Below are positions 21,285 through 31,233 of a stretch of 64,000 nt of DNA, piece by piece (within the stretch, counting starts at the first letter, position 1; the number at the start of each line of letters is the position of its first letter). The stretch covers positions 32,001 to 96,000 of the IMG/VR virus record IMGVR_UViG_3300034071_001210; one strand, 5' to 3'. Made by a program: the position numbers and the translations under genes. A model generated the notes under the pieces. That model saw nothing but the letters and a program-made list of their open reading frames with translations, searched no databases and had not been told where the DNA came from. The stretch is from a virus. Taxonomy: Duplodnaviria > Caudoviricetes.

Positions 21285-22133
21285 TCACTTATACTTAGTA
21301 GCAACAAAAGAAGATTGAATTAAACCAAGTTGTTTTGGTACATATGCTTGAATATTTTTAGAAGCAGTTGTAATTTCTTGTTGTGCAGTATATGTTGTAT
21401 ATGGTACAACTCCACCCAATGGTGTTGATTGTGTTATAATTGTATCAAGAGTTGGTTCACCATCCAAAGCCCTCACGTTTTTATATATTGTTTTTCCATC
21501 AGTTTTATTAACTTGTTTAACCACTTTAGTATTGGCTGTTTGAACAGAAGTTACATATCTGTTATATGGTGCAGCATATGTTCCGTCTGGATTTAAAGGA
21601 ACAACAGTAACATATGCATCCTTAATTAAAAAATTATTTCCACTCGTTACTACACTCGCTGTCATGGTAAGATCATAATAAGAAGAATCCACTATAACTG
21701 CCATTGCCCCATTCATATTATAAGATCCAGTACTACCATAGAAAGTATCAGTTCCACTATTAGCAATATATGGAAATATTAAACTACCAATTGGAAATGC
21801 CAAATTTGGTCCAAGTATATCTAATGTAGTATCATTTATTGATAAAACAAAACAAGTATTATTTTTATTAGCATTAGTAAAAATATTTACATTACTTTCA
21901 ACTAATGTAAATGGATTGATTACATTATTAGCAGCAACAATAGCCCAGAAACTATCGGGATCTTGATATGTTGCAGCAGCAGCCTCTAATAAAGTCGTTT
22001 TACTATCTATCGATATATTGCTTTCCTGTATTGGGGCATTTTCTACATCAAGGTATGTAAAAAAATCAGAGATATCAAATGTACCAATTGTAGTTTCAAA
22101 AGAAGTTTTAGGTAAATTTTCAAAGAATTTCAT
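21285..22133 (-). CDS. gp53: Baseplate wedge subunit
   Basis: MKFFENLP, YQDPDSFWAIVAANNVINPF. Confidence 0.85.
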   Translation of the reverse strand: MKFFENLPKTSFETTIGTFDISDFFTYLDVENAPIQESNISIDSKTTLLEAAAATYQDPDSFWAIVAANNVINPFTLVESNVNIFTNANKNNTCFVLSINDTTLDILGPNLAFPIGSLIFPYIANSGTDTFYGSTGSYNMNGAMAVIVDSSYYDLTMTASVVTSGNNFLIKDAYVTVVPLNPDGTYAAPYNRYVTSVQTANTKVVKQVNKTDGKTIYKNVRALDGEPTLDTIITQSTPLGGVVPYTTYTAQQEITTASKNIQAYVPKQLGLIQSSFVATKYK

Positions 22134-22951
22134 GCTGATGGACCAAAATAATAATTTGAGATTTCTGATTTAGACCAAACAGCATTTGCTTCTGGAACAT
22201 ATGTACCTGTTTCAAATTCACTAAAAAGTAATCCTAATAGAGTAATAGATGATGCGCCGTTTGGTAGATATCTAATGACTGGATCTATTTCATCATTTTT
22301 TTGAACCTTAACAGTTTCTAAAACACATACTAAAGGTTCTCCCATCCAGTTTGCTGTTAAGTTTTCTTCACCACCTAATGCAACACCATTACCTTTGGAT
22401 ATTTTTAATGCCCATAAATTTTGAGGATATGATCGTTCAGGTAAACCGGTGGCTACTGCTGGATAAGATGCTTTTCTAAATGTTCCTATAATTTCTTCAA
22501 CTTGAATGGTTTCTGCAGCATTTTTGGGAACAAAAACATATTGAAAAAAGTATTTTTTACGTCCTTCGGATACCATTGTTGCTTCAGCAATATTACTAAA
22601 ACGTCTATAAGTTGAGGTTGCAAACATTCTTTCCCAATAAAATGTTGCTGGTTGTATGTTTCTTTTTAATAGATTTATTGCACCTTTCATTCCTCCACCA
22701 CTATTAGCTAGTCCAGCTCTATTAATCATAGGTCCAACTGGATTATTATTACTTTCACCATATTCATGTGCAACTTGATAGCCAGGTTCCTTTGGCATAG
22801 GTAATGAAATTTGAGCAAATGCTCTGTTTATAACTCCTACTCTAGTACGTTCATTGTTTTTTAATGAATAATTGGCAGCATAAAAATTCAACCAAAGAGG
22901 TTGTTCTGCTTGAGCCAAGCCATATGGATATCTAAAGTTATATTGTGCCAT
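22130..22951 (-). CDS. gp48: Baseplate tail-tube cap gp48-like
   Basis: ISLPMP, RKKYFFQYVFVPKNAAE, CVLETV, FSEFE. Confidence 0.75.
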   Translation of the reverse strand: MAQYNFRYPYGLAQAEQPLWLNFYAANYSLKNNERTRVGVINRAFAQISLPMPKEPGYQVAHEYGESNNNPVGPMINRAGLANSGGGMKGAINLLKRNIQPATFYWERMFATSTYRRFSNIAEATMVSEGRKKYFFQYVFVPKNAAETIQVEEIIGTFRKASYPAVATGLPERSYPQNLWALKISKGNGVALGGEENLTANWMGEPLVCVLETVKVQKNDEIDPVIRYLPNGASSITLLGLLFSEFETGTYVPEANAVWSKSEISNYYFGPSA

Positions 22952-22986
22952 GTAATAATATTTAGATAATTTAACTAAATATTATA

Positions 22987-23424
22987 ATGGCGTACAGAAC
23001 AATTTTTAATCCTAAAAATCCAAGAAAATACGCAGGAGATGTATCCAAAATTGTCTGTAGATCTATGTGGGAACGAAATGTATGTGTGTTTTGTGATGAA
23101 CACTCAAGTATACTGAAATGGTCATCTGAAGAAATTGCCATACCATATATGAGTCCTATAGATAAAAAGATGCACAATTACTACCCGGATTTTTTAATAC
23201 AGTTTGAAAATACAAATGGTATACAAAATTGGATGGTTGAGGTAAAACCAAAGAAGCAAACTATGTTAAAGGAAAATGCTTCTAAAAAAGACAAGTTTAC
23301 TTGGATTGTAAATAATTGTAAATGGAACGCAGCTAAAGCATATTGTGATAAGAACAATATAGTTTTTAAAATTATAACAGAAAAAGAACTTTTTTCAAAT
23401 GGCAACACCACCAAATCAAACTAA
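22987..23424 (+). CDS. gp4: Head completion protein (TnsA-like nuclease fold)
   Basis: PKNPRKYAGD, RSMWER, WSSEEIAIPY, YYPDF, EVKPKKQT. Confidence 0.93.
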   Translation: MAYRTIFNPKNPRKYAGDVSKIVCRSMWERNVCVFCDEHSSILKWSSEEIAIPYMSPIDKKMHNYYPDFLIQFENTNGIQNWMVEVKPKKQTMLKENASKKDKFTWIVNNCKWNAAKAYCDKNNIVFKIITEKELFSNGNTTKSN

Positions 23425-23986
23425 TTCAATAACAGCAATCAAAGACTTTTTTGATAGACACAGAGGATTACAAAGACCTAATAGATTTTCTATGTCATTT
23501 AATGGACTACCACCGGCATTAAGTGGTTTAGTGCCAGCCAATGACTTTCAACCAATCGGAGTAATGATTGGTGCAAGGGCTATTGATTCTGTTGCAGATA
23601 ATCTTGCAGGATACGGTTTAGGTAGAAGTGTTCCAAGATCACAAAAGTTTCCACAGGGTATTATGTTAACCTTTGCAGTAACCAATGATCATTTTATAAC
23701 AGATTTCTATGATACATGGTTTAATTTAATTTACTCTGGAGGAAGACAAAAAGGCACATATAAAACACCTTTTCAACTTTCATACTATGATGACATAATT
23801 GCACCAACACAAATGAAGATTAATATACTTGATCCCAACGGCAACATTAATAGAATATATACATTTTTTGAAATATATCCCATTGAATGTTTACCTTTAA
23901 AGTTAGATATGATGGAAACTAATACTTACTTAACATATCAGGTTTTGATGATGTTCCGAGATTTTACTTTTAAACCAGGTACATAA
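23399..23986 (+). CDS. gp54: Baseplate tail-tube initiator gp54-like
   Basis: GLQRPNRF, FYDTWFNLI, YYDD, EIYP; tube-like fold. Confidence 0.75.
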   Translation: MATPPNQTNSITAIKDFFDRHRGLQRPNRFSMSFNGLPPALSGLVPANDFQPIGVMIGARAIDSVADNLAGYGLGRSVPRSQKFPQGIMLTFAVTNDHFITDFYDTWFNLIYSGGRQKGTYKTPFQLSYYDDIIAPTQMKINILDPNGNINRIYTFFEIYPIECLPLKLDMMETNTYLTYQVLMMFRDFTFKPGT

Positions 23987-23987
23987 T

Positions 23988-24650
23988 ATGGATATACTTA
24001 ATTCGTTGGAAAGTCTTTTACCAAAATATCAGACTACTCTTCCCTTTTCGAAACAAACTGTTTCGTTTGTTCCATTCCGAGTAAAGGATGCTAAAAACAT
24101 CTCTATTATTTTACAGGAAGAGAATAGAAAATTAGCATTAACTAGTTTAGTTGATATTTTAAAAACTAATGTTAAAGATATTAATATTTTAGATTTGTGT
24201 ATGGCAGATGCTGAATTTCTTTTTTTACAAATAAGATCAAAGAGTGTAGATGAACAATTAAATTTGATTCATAATAAAGAAAGAATTCAAGTTTCTATTT
24301 CTGAGATATATGGAAAAAATGACATATCTTCACAAACAATAACTTTAACTAATAATGTTAATATAGTACTAGAAACACCAACTGTAAAAGATTTATTAAA
24401 ATTAAATACACTTAATAAAGAAGATGTTATTCAAGCTTGTATTAAAAAGGTTATTTTTAATGGTGAGATATTTCATGTTAGTAAATATGTAACAGAAGAA
24501 ATTAAATTAATTTTAGATAATTTACCAATGACAGTTCTTCCAAAATTTGAAGAGTTTTTAAAGACACAACCTGATTTGTTTTTAATTATAAAAACTGAAG
24601 AAGGGGATAAAGAGGTAAACGGATTTCTAACTTTTTTTACTTATCGGTAA
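23988..24650 (+). CDS. gp26: Baseplate hub assembly protein gp26-like
   Basis: LPKY..TLP, PFRVKD, DAEFLFLQIRSKSVDE, C-terminal GFLTFF. Confidence 0.85.
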   Translation: MDILNSLESLLPKYQTTLPFSKQTVSFVPFRVKDAKNISIILQEENRKLALTSLVDILKTNVKDINILDLCMADAEFLFLQIRSKSVDEQLNLIHNKERIQVSISEIYGKNDISSQTITLTNNVNIVLETPTVKDLLKLNTLNKEDVIQACIKKVIFNGEIFHVSKYVTEEIKLILDNLPMTVLPKFEEFLKTQPDLFLIIKTEEGDKEVNGFLTFFTYR

Positions 24651-24841
24651 AGTTTTTTGATTTAAAAGATTACTATGTTACAAACTTTACCCTAATAAAT
24701 AATTTTAATTGGAATCTGTTTGATTTAGAAAATATGATATGGTGGGAACGCGAAGTCTATGTTAAATTGCTTGTAGATTATCAAGATCAAAAGAACCAAG
24801 AAAATATGTCACATACACCAAACATGCAAGGATTTAATTAA
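24632..24841 (+). CDS. gp51: gp51-like hub assembly catalyst segment, probably reached by -1 frameshift from gp26
   Basis: -1 frame reads FFYLSVKFFDLKDYYVTNFTLINNFNWNLFDLENMIWWEREVYVKLL; no start codon ahead of the conserved part; T7 run at 24632-24638. Confidence 0.7.
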   Translation, partial: FFYLSVKFFDLKDYYVTNFTLINNFNWNLFDLENMIWWEREVYVKLLVDYQDQKNQENMSHTPNMQGFN

Positions 24842-25311
24842 TGGTAGACGATAATAATATTTCATTAGATGTAACTGCAGAACAGCAGCTATTTGCTCCT
24901 TCTATTAAACCATCAGATCTTAGATCTGCCCAACTTGATAGTAGTATGCCTGAAGATATGGCCTTACCTGAAAGCGTTGTGTTTAAAACTATTGTTGATC
25001 CACCTTTAATGGAATCAATTGTTTATCAAGCAACAAAAGTAGATATATCTGAAAAAACAAGTGCAGAAGTTGCTGACGTTGGAATAAAATTACAAGTTAA
25101 ATTTGATCCAGAAGCATCATATAAAAAATTAGAAGAAAATGTAGATGGTATACGAGATAGTGTAACAAGTATAGCAGACAATGCTCAGAATAAATGGATA
25201 CCCAATCCAAGTCCTGCTTCAAAATTTGAAGAACGACCAACATTAGAACCAACAAATTTGATATTTGATGCTAGAGCAGAAAGATTTGCTCAGTATCCTA
25301 ACTGGGCATAA
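24841..25311 (+). CDS. Hypothetical protein (at the position where a tape measure gene might be expected)
   Basis: 156-aa ORF coupled by TAATG to the gp51-like frame. Confidence 0.7.
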   Translation: MVDDNNISLDVTAEQQLFAPSIKPSDLRSAQLDSSMPEDMALPESVVFKTIVDPPLMESIVYQATKVDISEKTSAEVADVGIKLQVKFDPEASYKKLEENVDGIRDSVTSIADNAQNKWIPNPSPASKFEERPTLEPTNLIFDARAERFAQYPNWA

Positions 25312-25335
25312 AAAAAGCCCCTTACGGGGCTTTTC
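25311..25335. terminator. Bidirectional intrinsic terminator
   Basis: AAAAGCCCC-TTAC-GGGGCTTTT between convergent genes. Confidence 0.85.
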
Positions 25336-26193
25336 TCAATCATTCTCCATTTCGGAGAAGTACTTTAGAGGATCCTTTTCCTCAATGTCTTCACGGACTA
25401 CAGTATCCGTGACATCATCTTCAATACTCTTAGAATCGGTAAACTGAGCACGAATATCGTCTCCGGTTGCCTTCTTGAGTCGAGCCTTGAGTTCATCATA
25501 ACTCTTGAACTGACTCTTGTCAGTAAACTCCTTGAGAGCATATTGCTTCTTCCAAAGTTCCTCTAACTTCTTATCATCTCCACCAAGGAGAGGAGCAGGA
25601 GCAGCAAACTCTGAACGATCATAGTTCACATATCCACCAACATTGCGAATCTTGATCTTGAAGTCTGCACCAGTCCAAAAGTTAAATGGATCAACAGCAG
25701 TTTCATCCTGATACTCTGGGTGAGCAAGCCCCTGAATCTTCTGGAAGATCTTAGTACCATACTGATAAAGAAAAACCTTTCCCTTATTCTCTGGGTTTGC
25801 AGGATCTTCCAGAACAAGAATGTTAGAGATGTAAGTCAACTTACGTTTACGGTTTCTTGCAATGTTCTTGTCATCCTCAATTCCACTATTCCATAGTTCC
25901 GTGTTTGCTTCACAAACTGGGCACTTCTCTCCAAGAGTAGTTGGGCAGTTTTCAAACAACCATCCACCCTTGCCCTTGAAGGCATGACTGTAAACTGAAA
26001 CAAAGGGAGTATCTTCTCCTGCAATCTCAGGAAGGAATCGAATTACTGCATAACCGTTTCCAGCCTTGTCGATACCAGGCTTCCAAATACGGTCATCTTT
26101 GTAACTCTCCTTTGACGTGAGCTTATCCATACGCTCGGTTAGGGATGCGACTGAGTTCTTACTCTTCTTCTTAAAATCTGAAAAATTTGCCAT
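25336..26193 (-). CDS. gp32: Single-stranded DNA-binding protein
   Basis: DKAGNGYAVIRFLP, ENCPTTLGEKCPVC, PFNFWTGADFKIKIR, NYDRSEF. Confidence 0.96.
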   Translation of the reverse strand: MANFSDFKKKSKNSVASLTERMDKLTSKESYKDDRIWKPGIDKAGNGYAVIRFLPEIAGEDTPFVSVYSHAFKGKGGWLFENCPTTLGEKCPVCEANTELWNSGIEDDKNIARNRKRKLTYISNILVLEDPANPENKGKVFLYQYGTKIFQKIQGLAHPEYQDETAVDPFNFWTGADFKIKIRNVGGYVNYDRSEFAAPAPLLGGDDKKLEELWKKQYALKEFTDKSQFKSYDELKARLKKATGDDIRAQFTDSKSIEDDVTDTVVREDIEEKDPLKYFSEMEND

Positions 26194-26243
26194 ATGTGTC
26201 TTTCTTTCCCCAAGGATCTACCTTGGCCTAACAGTTCTCTATC

Positions 26244-26271
26244 ACTATACACTCTGATTTAGATTAGTCAA
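26244..26271 (-). promoter_or_regulatory. Sigma70-type promoter of gp32 (TTGACT-16-TATAGT)
   Basis: Hexamers read directly. Confidence 0.7.
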
Positions 26272-26497
26272 TCGGTAACTTCTTAGATTTAGACTTTTTC
26301 ATCAAATGTAAACTTTGGGCTTCTTGTTGAATTTTTTCAATAATTGGCTTGGTTAAAAGTTTACCAGAAGCACTTGGATCTAAACCCATTTCTTCTGTAA
26401 TTTCTAAAACACAATCCATAAAAGTCATATTGGTCAATTTGACTCTTGATATTACCTTATTTGAAAATTGTTCTTTGGCAGAGTCATCTATATACAT
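26264..26497 (-). CDS. gp33: Late promoter co-activator
   Basis: MDCVLEI.EE..LDP....KLL.KPIIEKIQQEA...LMK; upstream of gp32; TATAAT-N6-ATG. Confidence 0.85.
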   Translation of the reverse strand: MYIDDSAKEQFSNKVISRVKLTNMTFMDCVLEITEEMGLDPSASGKLLTKPIIEKIQQEAQSLHLMKKSKSKKLPID

Positions 26498-26581
26498 AAT
26501 GTTATTATATCATGGATTTATATTAAATCCAATAAATATAAGAGTATAAATATTGGAGAACAAGGAACACAAGGATAAATT

Positions 26582-27568
26582 ATGTCATTATCACCATATT
26601 TTGGAAGCACGTATGTTGTTATCGAAACAAGTGGAGTAACCTTTGCTGTTTCGGCTGATCCTGTATTAGTCAGTGGTATAACTAATTACACCCAAATTTA
26701 TAAAATGGCATATGGTCCTACTGGATCACTTACAGTAGTAGATACGGCTACCCCCCTTCCTGTCACGGTAGCTGGTGGTATGACTGCTACAATTTCTGGT
26801 TTCTCTGGAACAATCAATATTCAGGGTGTTGGATCAGGAACTCCAGTTCCAGTATCTGGTACTGTCAATGTTATGGGTCTTACCGCATCTCCTGTATATG
26901 TACAGACTACAACTGGTTGCAGAGTTGAAGTTACTGGTGGACGATATTTAAATAAACTTACAGACAATGTTTCTGTATTTGGTCCAAGTGGAAATACTTG
27001 GATTTATTCTAATATAGTCAATGCCAGTGGTGTTGCTATCGGAACTACTTCAAATCCGATGCAAGTAAGTTTTAGTGGTGTTACAATCACTGCAAACATT
27101 GCATCAACGATTGGTGTAACAAATGACTCTGCTGGTAATGGATTACGCATTCAAGGTATGTCCGGTGGTCTGAGTGTTGCAGTAACAGTAGGAAATACAG
27201 TTGGTATTAATGATACAGCCATTCTTGCTGGTATGACTAGTGTATATGGACAACTGGTTACTCTCAATGCACAAATATTAAGCATTGCTGGGAGTGTTCC
27301 TTCTAGTATTAAGTCAAGTAGAACAGCTCCAACTGCCGTTGTATCACAAATGGATCCAACTGGGTTTACATGCTCATATGGTATAAATCTTAAAGCTGCC
27401 GCAACTAATACAAATTTAGTTTATTTTGCAGGTAATACTGGAGTATCTTCAACAACATCATACGGATTAGATCCAGGTGAAGAAATATTTGTTAAAGTAA
27501 ATAATACTAATACAATTTGGACTGTTACTGGAAGTGGTACACAAGCACTATTTTATAATGCATCGTGA
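26582..27568 (+). CDS. Virion structural protein (Thr/Gly/Val-rich, fibre-like)
   Basis: Late promoter TATAAATA upstream; repeated PLPV/PVPV/PMQV motifs. Confidence 0.65.
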   Translation: MSLSPYFGSTYVVIETSGVTFAVSADPVLVSGITNYTQIYKMAYGPTGSLTVVDTATPLPVTVAGGMTATISGFSGTINIQGVGSGTPVPVSGTVNVMGLTASPVYVQTTTGCRVEVTGGRYLNKLTDNVSVFGPSGNTWIYSNIVNASGVAIGTTSNPMQVSFSGVTITANIASTIGVTNDSAGNGLRIQGMSGGLSVAVTVGNTVGINDTAILAGMTSVYGQLVTLNAQILSIAGSVPSSIKSSRTAPTAVVSQMDPTGFTCSYGINLKAAATNTNLVYFAGNTGVSSTTSYGLDPGEEIFVKVNNTNTIWTVTGSGTQALFYNAS

Positions 27569-27575
27569 ATAAAAA

Positions 27576-28859
27576 ATGGCAGAAACAGAATCAGCATATA
27601 CATTAAATAAAGTTAGAACTTTAAAAAATTATGGTTTGTACGTTACTGGATTAACCGTAGACCCTATTTTTACAAAAGGAATTTTAAATTCCAAACCAAA
27701 TATTTTAATAAGTGGTTCCACATGTACAATTGATTATTCGCATGTATATGATGTGTCTGATTCATTATATTTAAAAAGAACTTTTGGTGGATTTTCTGGT
27801 GCAGGAGAAACATTCTCTATATCAGCATCACAATATTTTGATGAATATAACAATGTTACTACAACGTTAAGTGGAACTTGTAGGTTATCAACTACTATTA
27901 ATGATAATCATATTATTATTGCTACTATTGTTTCCGGTCTTACTGCAACAACTGATTACAATTATTATGGAAAAGATAATTTTGTAGATAGTCCACAATA
28001 TACATTCACATCTACAGGAGGAACTATTGGGTATTTTTTAGTAAATTCTCTTCCAAATCTTTCTAAAATAACATTCAATAGTATGGGTATTCTTGGATCA
28101 GCATATGGTTTTGAAGAATATATTGAAATATCAGGTGGTACTTCAAATAATAGTGAACGTATTTTAATAAGTGGAACTACACAACTAAAAGACTCTACTG
28201 AACTATTATATTTTGCGTCAGGTGGAACCTTTCAAAATTTTTCAACTACTAATACTTCAGTTGATTTATATTTGCGTGGGTATCCATCTTTGATGACATT
28301 TCCACAACAGTCTAATGTAACCGGAATATATACGATAACTGATGCTTCAACTAAAGATTTAAGAAACTGTTATGAAAACCAAACTCTAAATCAAGCACAA
28401 TTAAGAAATTCAAAAATAGCAGCTGGATACTTATCTAGTTTTGTAAATTGTAAATCATGTTATGATTTGGTGTATGGAAGTGGTATATCAACTCCATTTA
28501 GTGTAATATCTCCCGCATTTAATAATTTAATTTATATTACAATAAGTTCACCAACATCAACTACAAATGTTGCTGCGTTAAATGTAAATGTTACAACTTC
28601 AGTATCATCAGTAACATTAACACAACCAAGTGGTAATACAACTTTAAAAATTGATTTAAGTCATCCATCTATATTAGGATATTCGTTAGAAACCTATAGT
28701 GATGCTGCTAGAGAAATTCCACTAGGATCATCTTATAAGAGTTATGGTGTTGCCGGATATAATGGAGCATATGCAATCATAGATTCATACGTTGTATCCA
28801 CACCAATATATTGTGTATTGAGTGGACTATCTACAATATACTTTAGTATAAAAACATAA
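27576..28859 (+). CDS. Hypothetical Ser/Thr-rich (probably virion) protein
   Basis: 427-aa ORF co-oriented with the late gene upstream. Confidence 0.65.
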   Translation: MAETESAYTLNKVRTLKNYGLYVTGLTVDPIFTKGILNSKPNILISGSTCTIDYSHVYDVSDSLYLKRTFGGFSGAGETFSISASQYFDEYNNVTTTLSGTCRLSTTINDNHIIIATIVSGLTATTDYNYYGKDNFVDSPQYTFTSTGGTIGYFLVNSLPNLSKITFNSMGILGSAYGFEEYIEISGGTSNNSERILISGTTQLKDSTELLYFASGGTFQNFSTTNTSVDLYLRGYPSLMTFPQQSNVTGIYTITDASTKDLRNCYENQTLNQAQLRNSKIAAGYLSSFVNCKSCYDLVYGSGISTPFSVISPAFNNLIYITISSPTSTTNVAALNVNVTTSVSSVTLTQPSGNTTLKIDLSHPSILGYSLETYSDAAREIPLGSSYKSYGVAGYNGAYAIIDSYVVSTPIYCVLSGLSTIYFSIKT

Positions 28860-28881
28860 GACCTCCAGTAATGGAGGTCTT
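28858..28881. terminator. Hairpin/terminator between convergent genes
   Basis: AAGACCTCCA-GTAA-TGGAGGTCTT. Confidence 0.7.
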
Positions 28882-28906
28882 AGGTCTAACAAAAATTTTA
28901 CAAATT

Positions 28907-29143
28907 TTACCGACTACGTGAGCGAACAACTCGGTAGTGTGCACGACCCTTAACGGTCTCACGAACTACGGTGTACTTTAGGTCCATACGATCAAAAGCC
29001 TCGCGAAGATTGCTCATCGTTGCGCGCATATTTGCAACCTTAAAACGCTTACGGGCTTCACATGCATTCAGCGGAGTACCATTTCGCATATAATCAAACA
29101 CTCTCTGAATCTTTGTCGGACGGTCAACAGTAGTAATATCCAT
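28907..29143 (-). CDS. Small winged-HTH-like DNA-binding protein
   Basis: RVFDYMRNGTPLNACEARKRFKVANMRATMSNLR; AAGGA RBS; own promoter TTGACA-16-TATAGT at 29175-29202. Confidence 0.65.
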   Translation of the reverse strand: MDITTVDRPTKIQRVFDYMRNGTPLNACEARKRFKVANMRATMSNLREAFDRMDLKYTVVRETVKGRAHYRVVRSRSR

Positions 29144-29221
29144 AGAACTTTCCTTTCTTATAAGAAGTTACTACACTATACACTCTATATCTAACCTGTC
29201 AAGTGATTATTATAAATAATA

Positions 29222-29839
29222 GTGACTGAGGAGGACTTTATGGAACAGACGAGTCATCAGTTTATAAAATTTGTACGTAAACAACTTGCCCAATATGGTA
29301 TGAAACTTATTATTGGACGTGGTAAATGCGTTAATGTAGACGGTTTTCGCTGTTCTGGGTGCTTTGACGAGTCTGGAAAGGCTATTCGGATAGCCAGACA
29401 CTGTAATCAATTTTTACATGTGCTAGTTCATGAATATTGTCATTTTTTACAATACATCAATAGCAGTAAAGTCTATGAAAAGTCATATAAAGCATCAAAT
29501 ATTGTAGATGGATGGTTAAAAGGTAAAAATTATGCGGCTAAAGATGTTAAAAGGGCATTTTTTATCGTTCGTTCAATGGAAAGAGACTGTGAAAAACGAG
29601 CAGTTCGTTTAATAAATGAATTTAAATTAAAAATTGATACAAAAATGTATTCAAAACGGGCACACGTATACATCTATAGCCATTTCATGATGGAAAAATC
29701 ACGAAAGTTCTACTCCTTTAAACAAGATCCATATTATAGCAAATGCGTTTTACGCATTATGCCTTCTAACATGGCTGTTTTAAGTCATGTGTCTATTCCA
29801 ACAAAGGTCTATTCTGTTTTAGAATCTTTGATGAAATGA
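29222..29839 (+). CDS. Putative zinc metallopeptidase (HExxH)
   Basis: LVHEYCHFLQ, downstream MERDCE; late promoter TATAAATA just upstream. Confidence 0.65.
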   Translation: MTEEDFMEQTSHQFIKFVRKQLAQYGMKLIIGRGKCVNVDGFRCSGCFDESGKAIRIARHCNQFLHVLVHEYCHFLQYINSSKVYEKSYKASNIVDGWLKGKNYAAKDVKRAFFIVRSMERDCEKRAVRLINEFKLKIDTKMYSKRAHVYIYSHFMMEKSRKFYSFKQDPYYSKCVLRIMPSNMAVLSHVSIPTKVYSVLESLMK

Positions 29840-30174
29840 CTCTGAGCATATTTTGCAACAAACTTAGTAAATGGTTGTTCACCATAAGGCCAGCGATCAA
29901 TAGGATCCATAAACCCATGTTGAATAAGATCATCAATGTGTTCATCCATCATTGATAGAGTTACATCATCTACATTCCATTTAAGGTCACCATCATAATC
30001 AATCGATGGTTCATCTGCAGCATTGTGTTCTGCAACAGCAAGATCGGATATCTTTGCAAGATTTCCAAGAATTTCTAATGATTTAGCACATTGATAAAAA
30101 AGATCCTTGTTGATAGGATCTTCTTCTTTGCGTGCTAGTTTTCGGACTTCGTAAACTAGTTCTGAAATTTTCAT
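29809..30174 (-). CDS. Hypothetical protein
   Basis: AGGAG RBS, 121 aa. Confidence 0.7.
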   Translation of the reverse strand: MKISELVYEVRKLARKEEDPINKDLFYQCAKSLEILGNLAKISDLAVAEHNAADEPSIDYDGDLKWNVDDVTLSMMDEHIDDLIQHGFMDPIDRWPYGEQPFTKFVAKYAQSHFIKDSKTE

Positions 30175-30182
30175 ATTAACTC

Positions 30183-30545
30183 CTAGGACAAGGTTAGTAA
30201 GTACTTGGTTTGTTGTACCAAAGCAAGCATCTCATCCCTTATATTTAACAATGCAGTTTGATCCCCACCAAGTTCTTTTGGTACTTCTTCGGTTAAATAA
30301 TCTTCAAATGAACTCAACACCTGCATAGCAGTTGTTTTATATGGTCCGTTTAAAGTTAACTCATTAATATCTCTTAATTCATCCTTACCAAGCGTTCCCA
30401 TATAAGTCTCGGCAAAGGTATCAAGAAGAGCATCAATGCCTGTGTAGGCAGCTCCTAGTGCTATGTGTGCGGAATATGACTTAGTTCCCCAGTGATGAAG
30501 GCGTAATTCATTTTGAAAATTTAAGATTGTTTTAATGCATGACAT
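30183..30545 (-). CDS. Ferritin/Dps-like four-helix protein
   Basis: LHHWGTKSYSAHIALG..Y..ID...D.FAE, LLNIRDEM...KYLLTL. Confidence 0.8.
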   Translation of the reverse strand: MSCIKTILNFQNELRLHHWGTKSYSAHIALGAAYTGIDALLDTFAETYMGTLGKDELRDINELTLNGPYKTTAMQVLSSFEDYLTEEVPKELGGDQTALLNIRDEMLALVQQTKYLLTLS

Positions 30546-30555
30546 AGTATACTAT

Positions 30556-31230
30556 TTATTCTTTCTGCTCTGTATTGATTTCTTCATCAGATTCTTTTTT
30601 CTTAAAAAGGTCACCAACAGATTGAATAATACCTTTAACAGAATCTAATGCATCTGCTGTATTAAATCCTTCACCAACCTCTTTAGTAAATTTCTTTAAA
30701 GGACATTCAAGATCCGGCATCCACAATTTGTGTGAAAGGGCTGCTCTTGGATTTTTTGCACTACAACCACAACTAGAACACCAACCAATAGATTCTGAAT
30801 CTGGTTTAAAATTGTTTCTTCTTGGACATCCCATACACAAGGCTTTTCTTTTTTCAAAAACTTCTTCAGATACTTTACCAGTTAATAACTGAGATCCTTC
30901 AACTTTTGAATATTGTGCTGCCTTAGATAAAAAACTTTGATCAACATTATTTGGTACAGGTACAGCTGTATAAAGATTTTGTTGAGGTATTAAACTTTGC
31001 ATATCTTTTATTACATTAGATTTATTGGCTGGTTCTGCAGTTTCAACTAATAGAGTTCTTACATCACATTTAGAACAATCACTTGCTGATACATGCTTAG
31101 ATTTTAAATTACAATATGGAACACATTTTCCAGCATTTTCTACAACCCATTGAGTACAATTAATTCTATAAAAAGCTTTAGATTTATTTGTTTCACAGTA
31201 AACAATTTGTTTTAAAGAAATATTTTGCAT
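30556..31230 (-). CDS. Cys-rich hypothetical protein (R..LC..C...C..CGC...K.....CP)
   Basis: 224-aa ORF with two Cys clusters, directly downstream of the large Cys-rich gene. Confidence 0.75.
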   Translation of the reverse strand: MQNISLKQIVYCETNKSKAFYRINCTQWVVENAGKCVPYCNLKSKHVSASDCSKCDVRTLLVETAEPANKSNVIKDMQSLIPQQNLYTAVPVPNNVDQSFLSKAAQYSKVEGSQLLTGKVSEEVFEKRKALCMGCPRRNNFKPDSESIGWCSSCGCSAKNPRAALSHKLWMPDLECPLKKFTKEVGEGFNTADALDSVKGIIQSVGDLFKKKESDEEINTEQKE

Positions 31231-31233
31231 ATA

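Noticed and set aside
26194-26243. T4 gene 32-type autoregulatory pseudoknot
   Set aside because: Only a simple CCAAGG/CCTTGG hairpin is visible and no second stem can be supported
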